Below are positions 46,152 through 55,500 of a DNA stretch of 64,000 bases, piece after piece (within the stretch, counting starts at the first letter, position 1; each line of letters begins with the position of its first letter). The notes beneath the pieces are model-generated. The model searched no databases and was not told the origin of the DNA. It saw only the letters and a list, made by a program, of their open reading frames with translations. The stretch is taken from contig JALOBU010000006.1 in the NCBI GenBank assembly GCA_023228145.1, positions 12,398 through 76,397 of the forward strand. The letters are read 5' to 3'. The translations under genes and the position numbers were made by a program. This DNA comes from Bacteroidales bacterium (GTDB taxonomy: Bacteria; Bacteroidota; Bacteroidia; Bacteroidales; CAIWKO01).

Positions 46152-48632
46152 ATGTTTAAGTTTTCATCGTTTGTAATAAAATTCAGGTCGGCCATTATTG
46201 CCGTATGCCTGTTGTTTACGGCAGTTATGCTGTTTTTTCTTAAAGATATAAAAATTAATGCAGATATAACAACGTATCTTCCCGAAAGCGATTCGGTAGT
46301 GGCAAGGTTTAATTATATCAGCAAGCATTACTCCACAAGCCAGCTGGCAGTTATTATTGTTGAAGCTGAGAAAGATATTTTTACCAAAGAAACCCTGGAG
46401 CATATCAGCACACTGACCAAGGAACTGGAAAAATTTAACGGGGTAAGTTTTGTTACGAGCATCACCAATGTGCTGGATATAAAACTACCGGCTAATATTA
46501 ATGAGATGCTGGCTGATAGCTCTCTTACAAAAACTAACATTGATATCTCCGCACTGCCTCAGAATTTCGAAGATTTGAAAAAAATGCAGAATAATGCATC
46601 TTTACAGAAATCTTTAGCTCAGTTTGCCAGTTTTCAAAATACGCTTACCATTCCCCGCCTCATTGACGAAAATAATATTCCTCAATCTGCTGAGGAACTG
46701 AAAAAGCTTAAGGATTACGCACTGTCTAAAAAACTGTACAAAGACCGCCTGATATCTTCTAACTCCAGATATTCGGTAATCATATGCCATTTAAGCGAGT
46801 CGTCAGAACGAAATGATGTTGCCAAAAAAATAAGGGAGCATGTAATTTTGAAAAATTTCCCTGAAAAATTTTATTTCGAGGGAATGCCTTTTCAGGTGCT
46901 GAACATATTGGACTTTATCATGAGAGATTTGTTTTTTCTTACACCTCTTATTATTTTAGTTATCACTTTAGCTTTGCTGTTTAGTTTCAGAAGCCTGCGG
47001 GGCATTTTGGTTCCGGTGCTGGCTGTGGGTATGGGGACGATATGGAGCATGGGTATTATGAGCCTAGCAGGGGTGAAGCTTTCACCTATTTCTGATGCAA
47101 TACCTGTTGTGCTTTTTGCTGTGGGGGCGGCATACGGCATCCATATTGTAAATCGCTTCCGGCTGATGGTAAACTCCAGAGAAGAAAAAAAACAACAGAT
47201 TGTCAAAGCGCTTTCTGAAGTGGGAATTTCAGTGTTGCTGGCAGGGATTACAACCGTAATGGGTTTTATGTCGTTTATCTTTGGTTCTTACCTGAGCGTT
47301 ATCACTGAGTTTGGCATTTTTACAGCCATTGGAGTTTTGTTCATCCTGATGCTTTCCGTAACATTTACACCGGCTCTATTATCTTATTTTCCTGCTGAAA
47401 AGAAAGCGGTAAGCATTGGAAAGACTCATAAATATGATTTTTTGGGAGAATTTATTATCAGGTTATCCAAAGTTATTTTGCGCCGCCCGCTTATGATAAT
47501 TATCATCGCTGCCGCCGTAGTTATCGTATCGGTTGTCGGAATTCCTTTTCTTCAGAATAAGATTGACATACTGAATTATTTTAAACCCAATTCCGATATC
47601 AGACGTTCGGCATCAGTCATGAACAAAGAGTTTGGAGGCTCACTGCCTATCATGGTTCGCGTAAGGGGCGATATCATGAATCCGCAAACCCTGGCGAAAA
47701 TGAAAATGGTGCAGGGATTTATGGAACAGCAGCCGGATATCAGCAATGCTTTCTCTGTTGTTGATTTTTTTGAAGTGCTAAATAGTGGAGAGGATAAGGT
47801 CAACGTGCCTGAGACAATGAACATAAAAGATATTCAGAAACAAATACATCGTAGTACACCCTCAGAAGATAATTTTAAAGGCATGAAGGAATTGATAAAT
47901 CGTATATGGCCATTGATACAGGGGGAGGAAATGATTAAACAAATGATAAACCCGCAAAAGACAGAAGCTATCATACAGGCTTCGGTCCGTAATGTTGACA
48001 CGGAACGTTACCGCGAAATTTATAATTCGCTGAACACATTTCTGGCGCCGCTCAATACCTCAAATCTTTTGTTCGAGCAAACGGGTATGCCGGGTGTGTA
48101 TTCAAACTTTGATAACAGCATGAAGAAAAACCTGATTCAAAGCATTATACTTGCGCTGGTACTTGTTTATATATGTATGGTTTTTTTACTGCGCTCTGCC
48201 AAAAGCGCCATAGTGGGAATGATACCCCTGCTGGTTACCATGGTGCTTATTTTCGGTTTTATGGGATTTTCGGGTATCGCACTGGATATTGCTACCATCC
48301 TTATTGCAAGTATAACGGTTGGCGCAGGCATTGATTATGCCATTCACTTTATAACCGAATACAAACGGCAAATATCGAAAGGGCTGAATATTGATGATGC
48401 CATCACAAATACATTAAAAGTTACCGGCAGGCCGATAATAATTAATGTAATAACTATCATGCTGGGGTTTCTGGTGCTTATATTCGCCAGTATGATGCCA
48501 CTAATCAATTTCGGAATACTCATTGCCATTACCATGTTTTTTAGCGGCATGGGCTCTATCACCATTTTGCCATCTATTATAAAGCTCTTTAACCTTAGAC
48601 TTGTGAAAAAATTACCTGGGGAAAAAACATAA
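46152..48632 (+). CDS. MMPL/RND superfamily transporter (paralog 1, 826 aa)
   Basis: Two 6-TM bundles separated by large periplasmic loops. The sequence is 60-70% identical by eye to the ORF at 48997-51267. Two conserved blocks are shared with that ORF (its variants in parentheses): GxGIDYAIHF (GIDYSIHF) and SDAIPVVLFAVGAAYGIH (VLFSVGSAYGIH). Confidence 0.85.
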   Translation: MFKFSSFVIKFRSAIIAVCLLFTAVMLFFLKDIKINADITTYLPESDSVVARFNYISKHYSTSQLAVIIVEAEKDIFTKETLEHISTLTKELEKFNGVSFVTSITNVLDIKLPANINEMLADSSLTKTNIDISALPQNFEDLKKMQNNASLQKSLAQFASFQNTLTIPRLIDENNIPQSAEELKKLKDYALSKKLYKDRLISSNSRYSVIICHLSESSERNDVAKKIREHVILKNFPEKFYFEGMPFQVLNILDFIMRDLFFLTPLIILVITLALLFSFRSLRGILVPVLAVGMGTIWSMGIMSLAGVKLSPISDAIPVVLFAVGAAYGIHIVNRFRLMVNSREEKKQQIVKALSEVGISVLLAGITTVMGFMSFIFGSYLSVITEFGIFTAIGVLFILMLSVTFTPALLSYFPAEKKAVSIGKTHKYDFLGEFIIRLSKVILRRPLMIIIIAAAVVIVSVVGIPFLQNKIDILNYFKPNSDIRRSASVMNKEFGGSLPIMVRVRGDIMNPQTLAKMKMVQGFMEQQPDISNAFSVVDFFEVLNSGEDKVNVPETMNIKDIQKQIHRSTPSEDNFKGMKELINRIWPLIQGEEMIKQMINPQKTEAIIQASVRNVDTERYREIYNSLNTFLAPLNTSNLLFEQTGMPGVYSNFDNSMKKNLIQSIILALVLVYICMVFLLRSAKSAIVGMIPLLVTMVLIFGFMGFSGIALDIATILIASITVGAGIDYAIHFITEYKRQISKGLNIDDAITNTLKVTGRPIIINVITIMLGFLVLIFASMMPLINFGILIAITMFFSGMGSITILPSIIKLFNLRLVKKLPGEKT

Positions 48633-48729
48633 TTTTTAAATAAGTTTATAAACGGTTTAAAAAACTAGAAAATTATATTATTATCAACTCTTGTATTATA
48701 AATTCTTTTGCAGAAAATAAAAAATTATT

Positions 48730-48979
48730 ATGGAACCCAACAGCAGCGTGAAGATTTCAATACTTAAAGCAGCACAAAAAGTGTTCAGCAGGTATGGATA
48801 TAAAAAGACAAATCTCGAAGATATTGCAAAAATCATTGGAAAAGGCAAGAGTCATCATCGTCAGCATGAAGGGTTTTGAATTTTCTTTTTCAAGTGAAAA
48901 AGATATGAAACAAATAGAAAATGATATTGACCAGTTGCTGAATGTATTGTTTTATGGCATAGTGCCGAGGTCATTTTAA
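48730..48979 (+). pseudogene. TetR-family regulator pseudogene (internal deletion plus frameshift)
   Basis: Frame 1 encodes the HTH start MEPNSSVKISILKAAQKVFSRYGYKKTNLEDIAKIIGKGKS and then stops. Frame 2 continues with IIVSMKGFEFSFSSEKDMKQIENDIDQLLNVLFYGI. That matches the C-terminus of the intact TetR (IILAMKGFEYPFSYQQDIIKMEEDIDKLMDVLFYGI). About 110 codons are missing. Confidence 0.8.
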
Positions 48980-48996
48980 TCTGGTGTTTCAGGCTT

Positions 48997-51267
48997 ATGA
49001 GAAAATTTTCAACATTGGTTATTAAATTCAGGGCATTCATAATAATTGCCTTTACACTACTTACGGCTTTCATGGCGTATTTCCTTAAAGATTTAAAAAT
49101 AAACCCGGACATCACAACCTACCTGCCGAAAAGCGATTCTGTTGTTGCAAGGTTTAATTATATAGGCAGAAATTATTCCTCAAGCCTGATGGCGATTGTT
49201 ATTGTGGAAGCTGAAAAAGATGTTTTTACAAAAGAAACTTTGGAACATACCAGCGAGCTTACAACATCCCTGAAACTCGTTGAAGGTGTTGATTATGTTA
49301 CCAGCCTTACCAATGTACTCGACATAAAAAAAACCGATGATGGTTTCGAAATATCTCGTTTGATTGAAGAGAACAACCTTCCGAAAAGCAGCGAGGAATT
49401 AAAAAAAATTAAAGAATATACTTTAGGAAAAAAGCTTTACAGAGGAAACCTCGTTTCGGAAGATTCAAAATATACCGTAATCGTATGCCGCGTCAATCAG
49501 GATGTTGACAAAAACAGCGTGGCTAGAAAAATAAAAGAATCCGTTCTTTCAAAAAAATTCCCTGAAAAATATTATTTCGAAGGCGTACCTTTTCAGTTAA
49601 TGAATATAATGGATTTGGTTATTAAGGACTTAATGCTGCTGACGCCTTTAATTGTATTGCTTATTGCTTTTACTTTATTTATCAGTTTTCGGACATTTCG
49701 AGGCATATTGATTCCGGTTTTAGCTGTGGCCATGGGCGTTATCTGGAGCATGGGGCTGATGAGTATTTTACATGTAGAGCTTTCACCGATTTCTGACGCC
49801 ATACCGGTTGTGTTGTTTTCTGTAGGAAGCGCATACGGGATACATATATACAATAGGTTTAAGAGAGTTGTAAGGGATAAAAGCCTCAAAAAGGAACAAT
49901 CGGCATCAGCATTGCGTGAAGTTGGGCTGGCTGTTTTATTGGCGGGCCTGACTACCGTTATGGGTTTTCTTTCTTTTGTCTTTAACGCCTACCTGAACAT
50001 TATCAAGGAGTTTGGAATTTTTTCTGCATTGGGTGTTTTCTTTGTACTTATAATTTCTATCACATTTTCTCCGGCATTGCTGTCGTACTTTCCTGTAGAG
50101 AAAACTCATTTCCAACCTTTAAAAGCAGGGAAATTTCATTTCCTGGAAAGATTTCTCAACAAACTCTCCGCTTTTATCACATTTCACCCTAAGAAAATAC
50201 TTATCTCTTCGCTGTTATTGTTGTTGGGTATGGTTGCAGGCATCCCGCTGATAAAAGATAAAATTGACATTTTAAATTATTTTCGCCCGGAAACGGATAT
50301 GCGTATCACGGCATCCATAATGAATAAAGAATTTGGTGGCTCACTACCCATTATGGTTCTTGTCAGGGGTGATATTCAGAACCCGCTTGTACTCGAAAAA
50401 ATGAAAAAAATAAAAATATTTTTGGAACAGCAACCCGATATAAAAAATGTTTCTTATGTGGGCGATTTTATTGAAGAAATGAATGATTGCATGGGCGAGG
50501 GAAAAAAGATTCCTGACAGCCGCGATAAGGTTTCGAACCTGATGTTTCTTATTGAAGGGGACGATATGCTGCGCCAAATGATTAATAACGATAAAACAGA
50601 AGCGGTTATACAAGCCTATGTCAGGAATGTTGAAACGAAGAGATACAGAGAGATTTATTCTTCTTTGAATAAACTTATAGAAAGTTTAAGCACTAATGAA
50701 ATTACTTTTACACAGTCGGGAATGCCGGGGATTTATTCCAATTTTGACGACAGCCTGATGAATAACCTATTGCAAAGCCTTGTTCTTTCCCTGGTGTTGA
50801 TTTTTATTACCATGATATTCTTGCTGCGTTCCATCAAAAGCGCTTTTGTGGGAATAATCCCGCTCTTATTCACTATGGTTGTTATTTTTGGCTTTATGGG
50901 TTATGCGGGAATCGCGCTGGATATTTGCACTATCTTAATAGCAAGTATTACCGTCGGAGCAGGCATTGATTATTCCATACATTTTATTACAGAATACAAA
51001 AATCATATTATTAAGGGCCGAAGCATTAAAGATGCTATCTCTAATACCATTCTTATATCAGGGAAATCCATAGTAATCAATATCATAACAGTTATGTTGG
51101 GATTTTTGGTGCTGATTTTTGCCAATCTTCTTCCTCTCGTCAATTTTGGCATTCTGGTTGCAATAACTATGTGCTTTAGTGGTATTGGTGCCATAACGAT
51201 ATTGCCGGCTGTTATTACTTTGTTTAACCTTAAACTCGTTAATAAAAATAAAATAATTTCCAATTAA
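48997..51267 (+). CDS. MMPL/RND superfamily transporter (paralog 2, 756 aa)
   Basis: Collinear with paralog 1, but it lacks two periplasmic-loop insertions. Confidence 0.85.
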   Translation: MRKFSTLVIKFRAFIIIAFTLLTAFMAYFLKDLKINPDITTYLPKSDSVVARFNYIGRNYSSSLMAIVIVEAEKDVFTKETLEHTSELTTSLKLVEGVDYVTSLTNVLDIKKTDDGFEISRLIEENNLPKSSEELKKIKEYTLGKKLYRGNLVSEDSKYTVIVCRVNQDVDKNSVARKIKESVLSKKFPEKYYFEGVPFQLMNIMDLVIKDLMLLTPLIVLLIAFTLFISFRTFRGILIPVLAVAMGVIWSMGLMSILHVELSPISDAIPVVLFSVGSAYGIHIYNRFKRVVRDKSLKKEQSASALREVGLAVLLAGLTTVMGFLSFVFNAYLNIIKEFGIFSALGVFFVLIISITFSPALLSYFPVEKTHFQPLKAGKFHFLERFLNKLSAFITFHPKKILISSLLLLLGMVAGIPLIKDKIDILNYFRPETDMRITASIMNKEFGGSLPIMVLVRGDIQNPLVLEKMKKIKIFLEQQPDIKNVSYVGDFIEEMNDCMGEGKKIPDSRDKVSNLMFLIEGDDMLRQMINNDKTEAVIQAYVRNVETKRYREIYSSLNKLIESLSTNEITFTQSGMPGIYSNFDDSLMNNLLQSLVLSLVLIFITMIFLLRSIKSAFVGIIPLLFTMVVIFGFMGYAGIALDICTILIASITVGAGIDYSIHFITEYKNHIIKGRSIKDAISNTILISGKSIVINIITVMLGFLVLIFANLLPLVNFGILVAITMCFSGIGAITILPAVITLFNLKLVNKNKIISN

Positions 51268-51290
51268 TAGTTTTAATAAATACTTATTAC

Positions 51291-52034
51291 ATGAAAAAGT
51301 TTTTAATAATCGTATTAGTATCTTTAACAGTACCTTTTTTCACTTTTTTTAGCGCTTCTGCTCAGAGCGCTTCTGACATTCTCCAAAAAGTGGACGATAT
51401 CATCAATGCACCAAAAGATCAGTTTATTAACATGACTATTACTATTTATGATAAAAGTTTAAAAGAAAGTGTCCGTACAATGGTTACTAGGCAAAAAGGC
51501 AGTGATAAACGCCTGGTAAAGTTTCTGACTCCGGCCGACCAGAAAGGAATCGGGTTTCTTTCGTTGCCAAACGACAACCTTACCGTTTACTTGCCTGCTT
51601 TCGGAAAGACAAGAAAGATAGGCTCTTCTGTGAAAAATTCAAAATTTGCCGGTACCGATTTTTCTTATGAAGATATGGAAGCGAAAAGGTATTCAAGTAA
51701 ATGGAATCCGAAACTTATAACCACAGCAGGAGGGTATTATGTTCTGGAGTTGACACCTAAAACAGGTATTGTTACTGATTATTTAAAGCTCATGATGTAT
51801 GTCCGTACACAGGATAATTACCCCGTAAAAGTGGAACATTACGATAAAGGCGGAAAACTTTATAAGGTGCTCACAGATAATAAAATTACAAAAATAGGCT
51901 CATATACTATTGCCAAAGAACTGGTTATGGAGGATAAAAAGAACGGTACAAAAACAAAAATGGTAATGACCAGTATTAAATTTGATAATGGGTTTACTGA
52001 TGATATTTTTTCTGAAAGGGAGCTAATAAAATAA
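51291..52034 (+). CDS. Outer membrane lipoprotein-sorting (LolA-like) periplasmic protein
   Basis: 247 aa with a signal peptide. The pattern RLVKFLTPADQKGIGFLSLPNDNLTVYLPAFGKTRKIGSSVKNSKFAGTDFSYEDME is typical of the LolA_like family. Confidence 0.75.
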   Translation: MKKFLIIVLVSLTVPFFTFFSASAQSASDILQKVDDIINAPKDQFINMTITIYDKSLKESVRTMVTRQKGSDKRLVKFLTPADQKGIGFLSLPNDNLTVYLPAFGKTRKIGSSVKNSKFAGTDFSYEDMEAKRYSSKWNPKLITTAGGYYVLELTPKTGIVTDYLKLMMYVRTQDNYPVKVEHYDKGGKLYKVLTDNKITKIGSYTIAKELVMEDKKNGTKTKMVMTSIKFDNGFTDDIFSERELIK

Positions 52035-52062
52035 AACTTTCTTGTTCAATTTTAATTCGGAT

Positions 52063-53598
52063 ATGAAACTGAGAGTTTTTGCAATCACTTTTCTGATATT
52101 TATATCATTTGAAAAGATTTATGCACAGCAGGATACATCATTGATTTCATTACCCGATACTTCATTTTTATTTTCTGCTGAAGAATTTCCTGTGGTGGAA
52201 GAACCTGTAACAGTGCTGCCCGAAGAGCCCAAATTATCTGTTTTCGGTTACATTCAAACTGATGACAGATTAAAATTTTACGGTGGGAAATTAAATCATC
52301 AGGAATATCGATTGGATGTTAAACTGGAGTATAAACCTTTTGAAAGAGGAAAATTATTTGCAGAGGTTTGGCTGAGGTCATATAAGTTCCCCGAAATATA
52401 CAATATTAGCGATTTGTCAGAAAAGAAAAAGGTGCTCAATTTTGATGCAGATATCCGGGAAGCCTATTTTGATATTTACGGATTGTTTACAAAAAACCTT
52501 GATATCAGGATTGGACGCCAGAGAATTGCATGGGGAACAGCTGACAAGCTAAATCCTACAGATAATCTAAACCCTTATGACATGGAAGATATCTGGGATT
52601 TTGGCAGGCACTTGGGTTCTAATGCAATAAAACTGACATATTATGCCGGGTCTTTTACTTTTACAGGAGTAGCGATACCCTGGTTTACACCGGCGGTGTT
52701 ACCTAATTCCGAGTGGACGGCTGCTTACATGCCCTCTTTTGAAATCCCTGAAAAGTTAGTGGATACAAGTTTTATTTCCGGTGTGGCTTTACCAATATAT
52801 CTCACCCCGGGAAATATCTCCGACACACTCGTACTGCCTCAGCGAACCATCAAACATTATCCTTCATTCGGCTTAAAAGCACAAAAAAGCATAGGGAATT
52901 TTAATATTTCGCTTAGCTACTCTTATGGCCGCGATGCGCTTCCTCTTCCAACGGAAATGAGCACTACCCTCACAATTGATACTTTTATGCTGGCGCCTGA
53001 ATTGCGTGCCGATGCTACCATTGATATTAGAACGAAAGTGGAGTTTCCCGTTATGAAAGTGATAGGGCTGGATTTTGCCGGCTCGGTGAAAGGTATAGGT
53101 ATCTGGGGCGAAGCAGCCTGTTTTCTTCCTCAGAAAAATTATATGAAACGCTACCTGCATTATACCCTATATGGAGTAACTATTGATTCTGTGCTTTCGG
53201 ATTCGCTGGTGTTGGATAACAAACCTTATGTGAAATTTGTTGTGGGGCTGGATTATACCTTCAGACATGGATTTTACCTTAATTTTCAATACCTTCACGG
53301 CTTTGTAAATGAACGTGGACCAAAGGAACTTAATGATTATTATATCCTTGCCTTTGAATGGACGTCCGATAACGGAAAACTTAAAATCGGAATACTTAAC
53401 GGTGGAATACAGGTTAACAATTATAAAAAAATCAATAGTAATTTTGCATGGATTTATATGCCGGAAATTTCATACAAACCCATGGATAATGCAGAGCTGA
53501 TACTCGGAGCTCATTTGCTTGATGGTAGCCCCACCACCAGTTTTGGTAAAGTAACTAAAAACGATGATATTTACCTAAAGCTTAGGTATAGTTTCTGA
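52063..53598 (+). CDS. Putative outer-membrane beta-barrel protein (function unknown)
   Basis: 512 aa with signal peptide MKLRVFAITFLIFISFEKIYAQ. Amphipathic strands alternate throughout, and the C-terminus LKLRYSF ends in Phe, which is an OMP signature. Confidence 0.6.
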   Translation: MKLRVFAITFLIFISFEKIYAQQDTSLISLPDTSFLFSAEEFPVVEEPVTVLPEEPKLSVFGYIQTDDRLKFYGGKLNHQEYRLDVKLEYKPFERGKLFAEVWLRSYKFPEIYNISDLSEKKKVLNFDADIREAYFDIYGLFTKNLDIRIGRQRIAWGTADKLNPTDNLNPYDMEDIWDFGRHLGSNAIKLTYYAGSFTFTGVAIPWFTPAVLPNSEWTAAYMPSFEIPEKLVDTSFISGVALPIYLTPGNISDTLVLPQRTIKHYPSFGLKAQKSIGNFNISLSYSYGRDALPLPTEMSTTLTIDTFMLAPELRADATIDIRTKVEFPVMKVIGLDFAGSVKGIGIWGEAACFLPQKNYMKRYLHYTLYGVTIDSVLSDSLVLDNKPYVKFVVGLDYTFRHGFYLNFQYLHGFVNERGPKELNDYYILAFEWTSDNGKLKIGILNGGIQVNNYKKINSNFAWIYMPEISYKPMDNAELILGAHLLDGSPTTSFGKVTKNDDIYLKLRYSF

Positions 53599-53794
53599 CA
53601 ACTTATTTTTTAAGCTGATGTGCTATTGCTGTGTTTATGATTTAAGTGCAAAACATTTTTTTATTTAATCATCATTAAACCAAATAGAATTTCCATTGAA
53701 AGCACTGTAATTTTGAAAATTTAACCTCGTTTGCTAACAATGAACTTGTTAAAACAATAAAACCGGCAATAAATTTTGAACAAATATTCTTTTG

Positions 53795-53802
53795 TATATT
53801 TG
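53795..53802 (+). promoter_or_regulatory. -7 promoter box (TATATTTG) for the PP2C-LysM gene
   Basis: Perfect TAnnTTTG 21 nt upstream of the ATG at 53823. Confidence 0.55.
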
Positions 53803-53822
53803 TCCGTAACAAAAAAAATCAC

Positions 53823-55493
53823 ATGGCATCTTTAAAAGACAGCGGATATTTTAATTATACTGCCCTAAGCGATACAGGGCTTTTATGTTCTCAAAATAAA
53901 GATGAGTTCGCATATTTTGAAAGTATCAACGGTCATGTTTTTATCGTATGTGACGGACAGGGTGGTTGTAACGATAAGCCTGCAGCATCAAAACGTGCGG
54001 TGGATTGCATACGTGCATACCTTGAAAATCATTATTTTGATATGCCTGAAGATGCTTTGAAAGCAGCCATTGAATATGCCAACGCCATCGTATTTAAAAA
54101 TTCAAAGGAAATTTCTGCCTTTGGAGGAATGAGCACTACTATTGTAATGATGATAGTCCGTTATGAAAAAGTATATTATGCTCATGTCGGTAATAGCAGG
54201 ATTTATATCTTTTCTAATGGAGAATTATCATGTTTGACACAAGACCATTATCTGGTGGTTTTTCCTTCGGAACAAACTGACAAAGAATCTTCTGATAGCA
54301 GAAATGAACGAAAACCAGCTTATTTCCCCAGAACCCTTGGGAGCGGGCCAAATATTGATATTACCATTTGCAGTTCTCCCGCTTTTCCCGCCAGGGGCGA
54401 TTTTATATTAATGTGTACCGATGGAATTACATCAAAACTTGAAGACAATGAAATAGTTTCAGTGTTGGCTGACAGTGCTGTGCCTGAAGAAAAAGCAAAA
54501 CGCCTGATACAGCTTGCTAATTCTAAAGGTGGAACGGATAACATGACGGTAATGCTTGTGGATTTTTATAATGTTTCTAACCGAAAGTCCAGGTTTGTTA
54601 AAGCTACTCAGCAAACAACGGCAGAAATTCCTTTGGTTAAAAGCCCTATTCTAAAAACTCCTGACTTATTCGAACAGGAAATCATTGTGGATAACGGAGA
54701 ACAAAATGAAGTTGAGGAAATTTCGCCACAGAAAATAGTATCAAACGAAATCTCAGCGAAAGAAGCAGAACCGCTTACACCAGATGAAGAAACGTCTGTA
54801 AGTGTTAAAGATATAAATACTGAACCTGAGCCTCAGACATATCAGGAAACAAAAGTATTTCAAGAAATTAAAGCGGAACCATTATTTGAAGAAAGTCCGG
54901 AGCCTCAGGAAAATAATAAAATACCTGATGATTCGGAAAGTAATGCCGGTAGTTTTTTTTCGCGCTTGTTTAACCGGCTGAATGTTATTGGTAAGAACAG
55001 ACCCAGGTTAAAAGTTGTATTGATTGTTTTGGGAGCCGTTTTGCTTGCATATATTGTTTGGGACCTGTTCATAAAGCAGGGAGCGACATCAAAAATCAGT
55101 AATAAACCAGACACGATGCTAAACGACACTTCTGAACCTAGCAGGAAGAGTCCAGAAAATGATAAAATAGCCGAAGAAAAAAGCACGGCCCCGGATACAA
55201 TCTGGATAAGTTATTCCGTAAAAAAAGGAGATTTTCTGGGGACTATTGCTGCCAAATTCGGGCTTACAGTTGACTATATAAAAAAGAAAAACAAGCTAAC
55301 TAACGACAATATCCGTGAAAAACAAAAACTGGATATCCCAACTAAAGCAAACTACCAGGTAAAAGCCGGAGAAACTTTTGATATGATAGGAAAAAGATTT
55401 CAGGTGGATAAAAAAAGAATCATGAAAGCTAATGATATCTCTGATGAGAAAAATATCAGGGAAGGCAGGAATATTATCATCCCATTTAAATGA
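53823..55493 (+). CDS. Membrane-anchored PP2C-family Ser/Thr phosphatase with two C-terminal LysM domains
   Basis: 556 aa. PP2C motifs are VCDGQGG, HVGNSRIY, LMCTDG and GGTDNMTVMLVDF. An acidic/Pro-rich linker follows, then one TM helix (VVLIVLGAVLLAYIVWDLFI). Two LysM repeats follow (YSVKKGDFLGTIAAKFG...; YQVKAGETFDMIGKRFQ...). Confidence 0.8.
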   Translation: MASLKDSGYFNYTALSDTGLLCSQNKDEFAYFESINGHVFIVCDGQGGCNDKPAASKRAVDCIRAYLENHYFDMPEDALKAAIEYANAIVFKNSKEISAFGGMSTTIVMMIVRYEKVYYAHVGNSRIYIFSNGELSCLTQDHYLVVFPSEQTDKESSDSRNERKPAYFPRTLGSGPNIDITICSSPAFPARGDFILMCTDGITSKLEDNEIVSVLADSAVPEEKAKRLIQLANSKGGTDNMTVMLVDFYNVSNRKSRFVKATQQTTAEIPLVKSPILKTPDLFEQEIIVDNGEQNEVEEISPQKIVSNEISAKEAEPLTPDEETSVSVKDINTEPEPQTYQETKVFQEIKAEPLFEESPEPQENNKIPDDSESNAGSFFSRLFNRLNVIGKNRPRLKVVLIVLGAVLLAYIVWDLFIKQGATSKISNKPDTMLNDTSEPSRKSPENDKIAEEKSTAPDTIWISYSVKKGDFLGTIAAKFGLTVDYIKKKNKLTNDNIREKQKLDIPTKANYQVKAGETFDMIGKRFQVDKKRIMKANDISDEKNIREGRNIIIPFK

Positions 55494-55500
55494 GCTTTCT

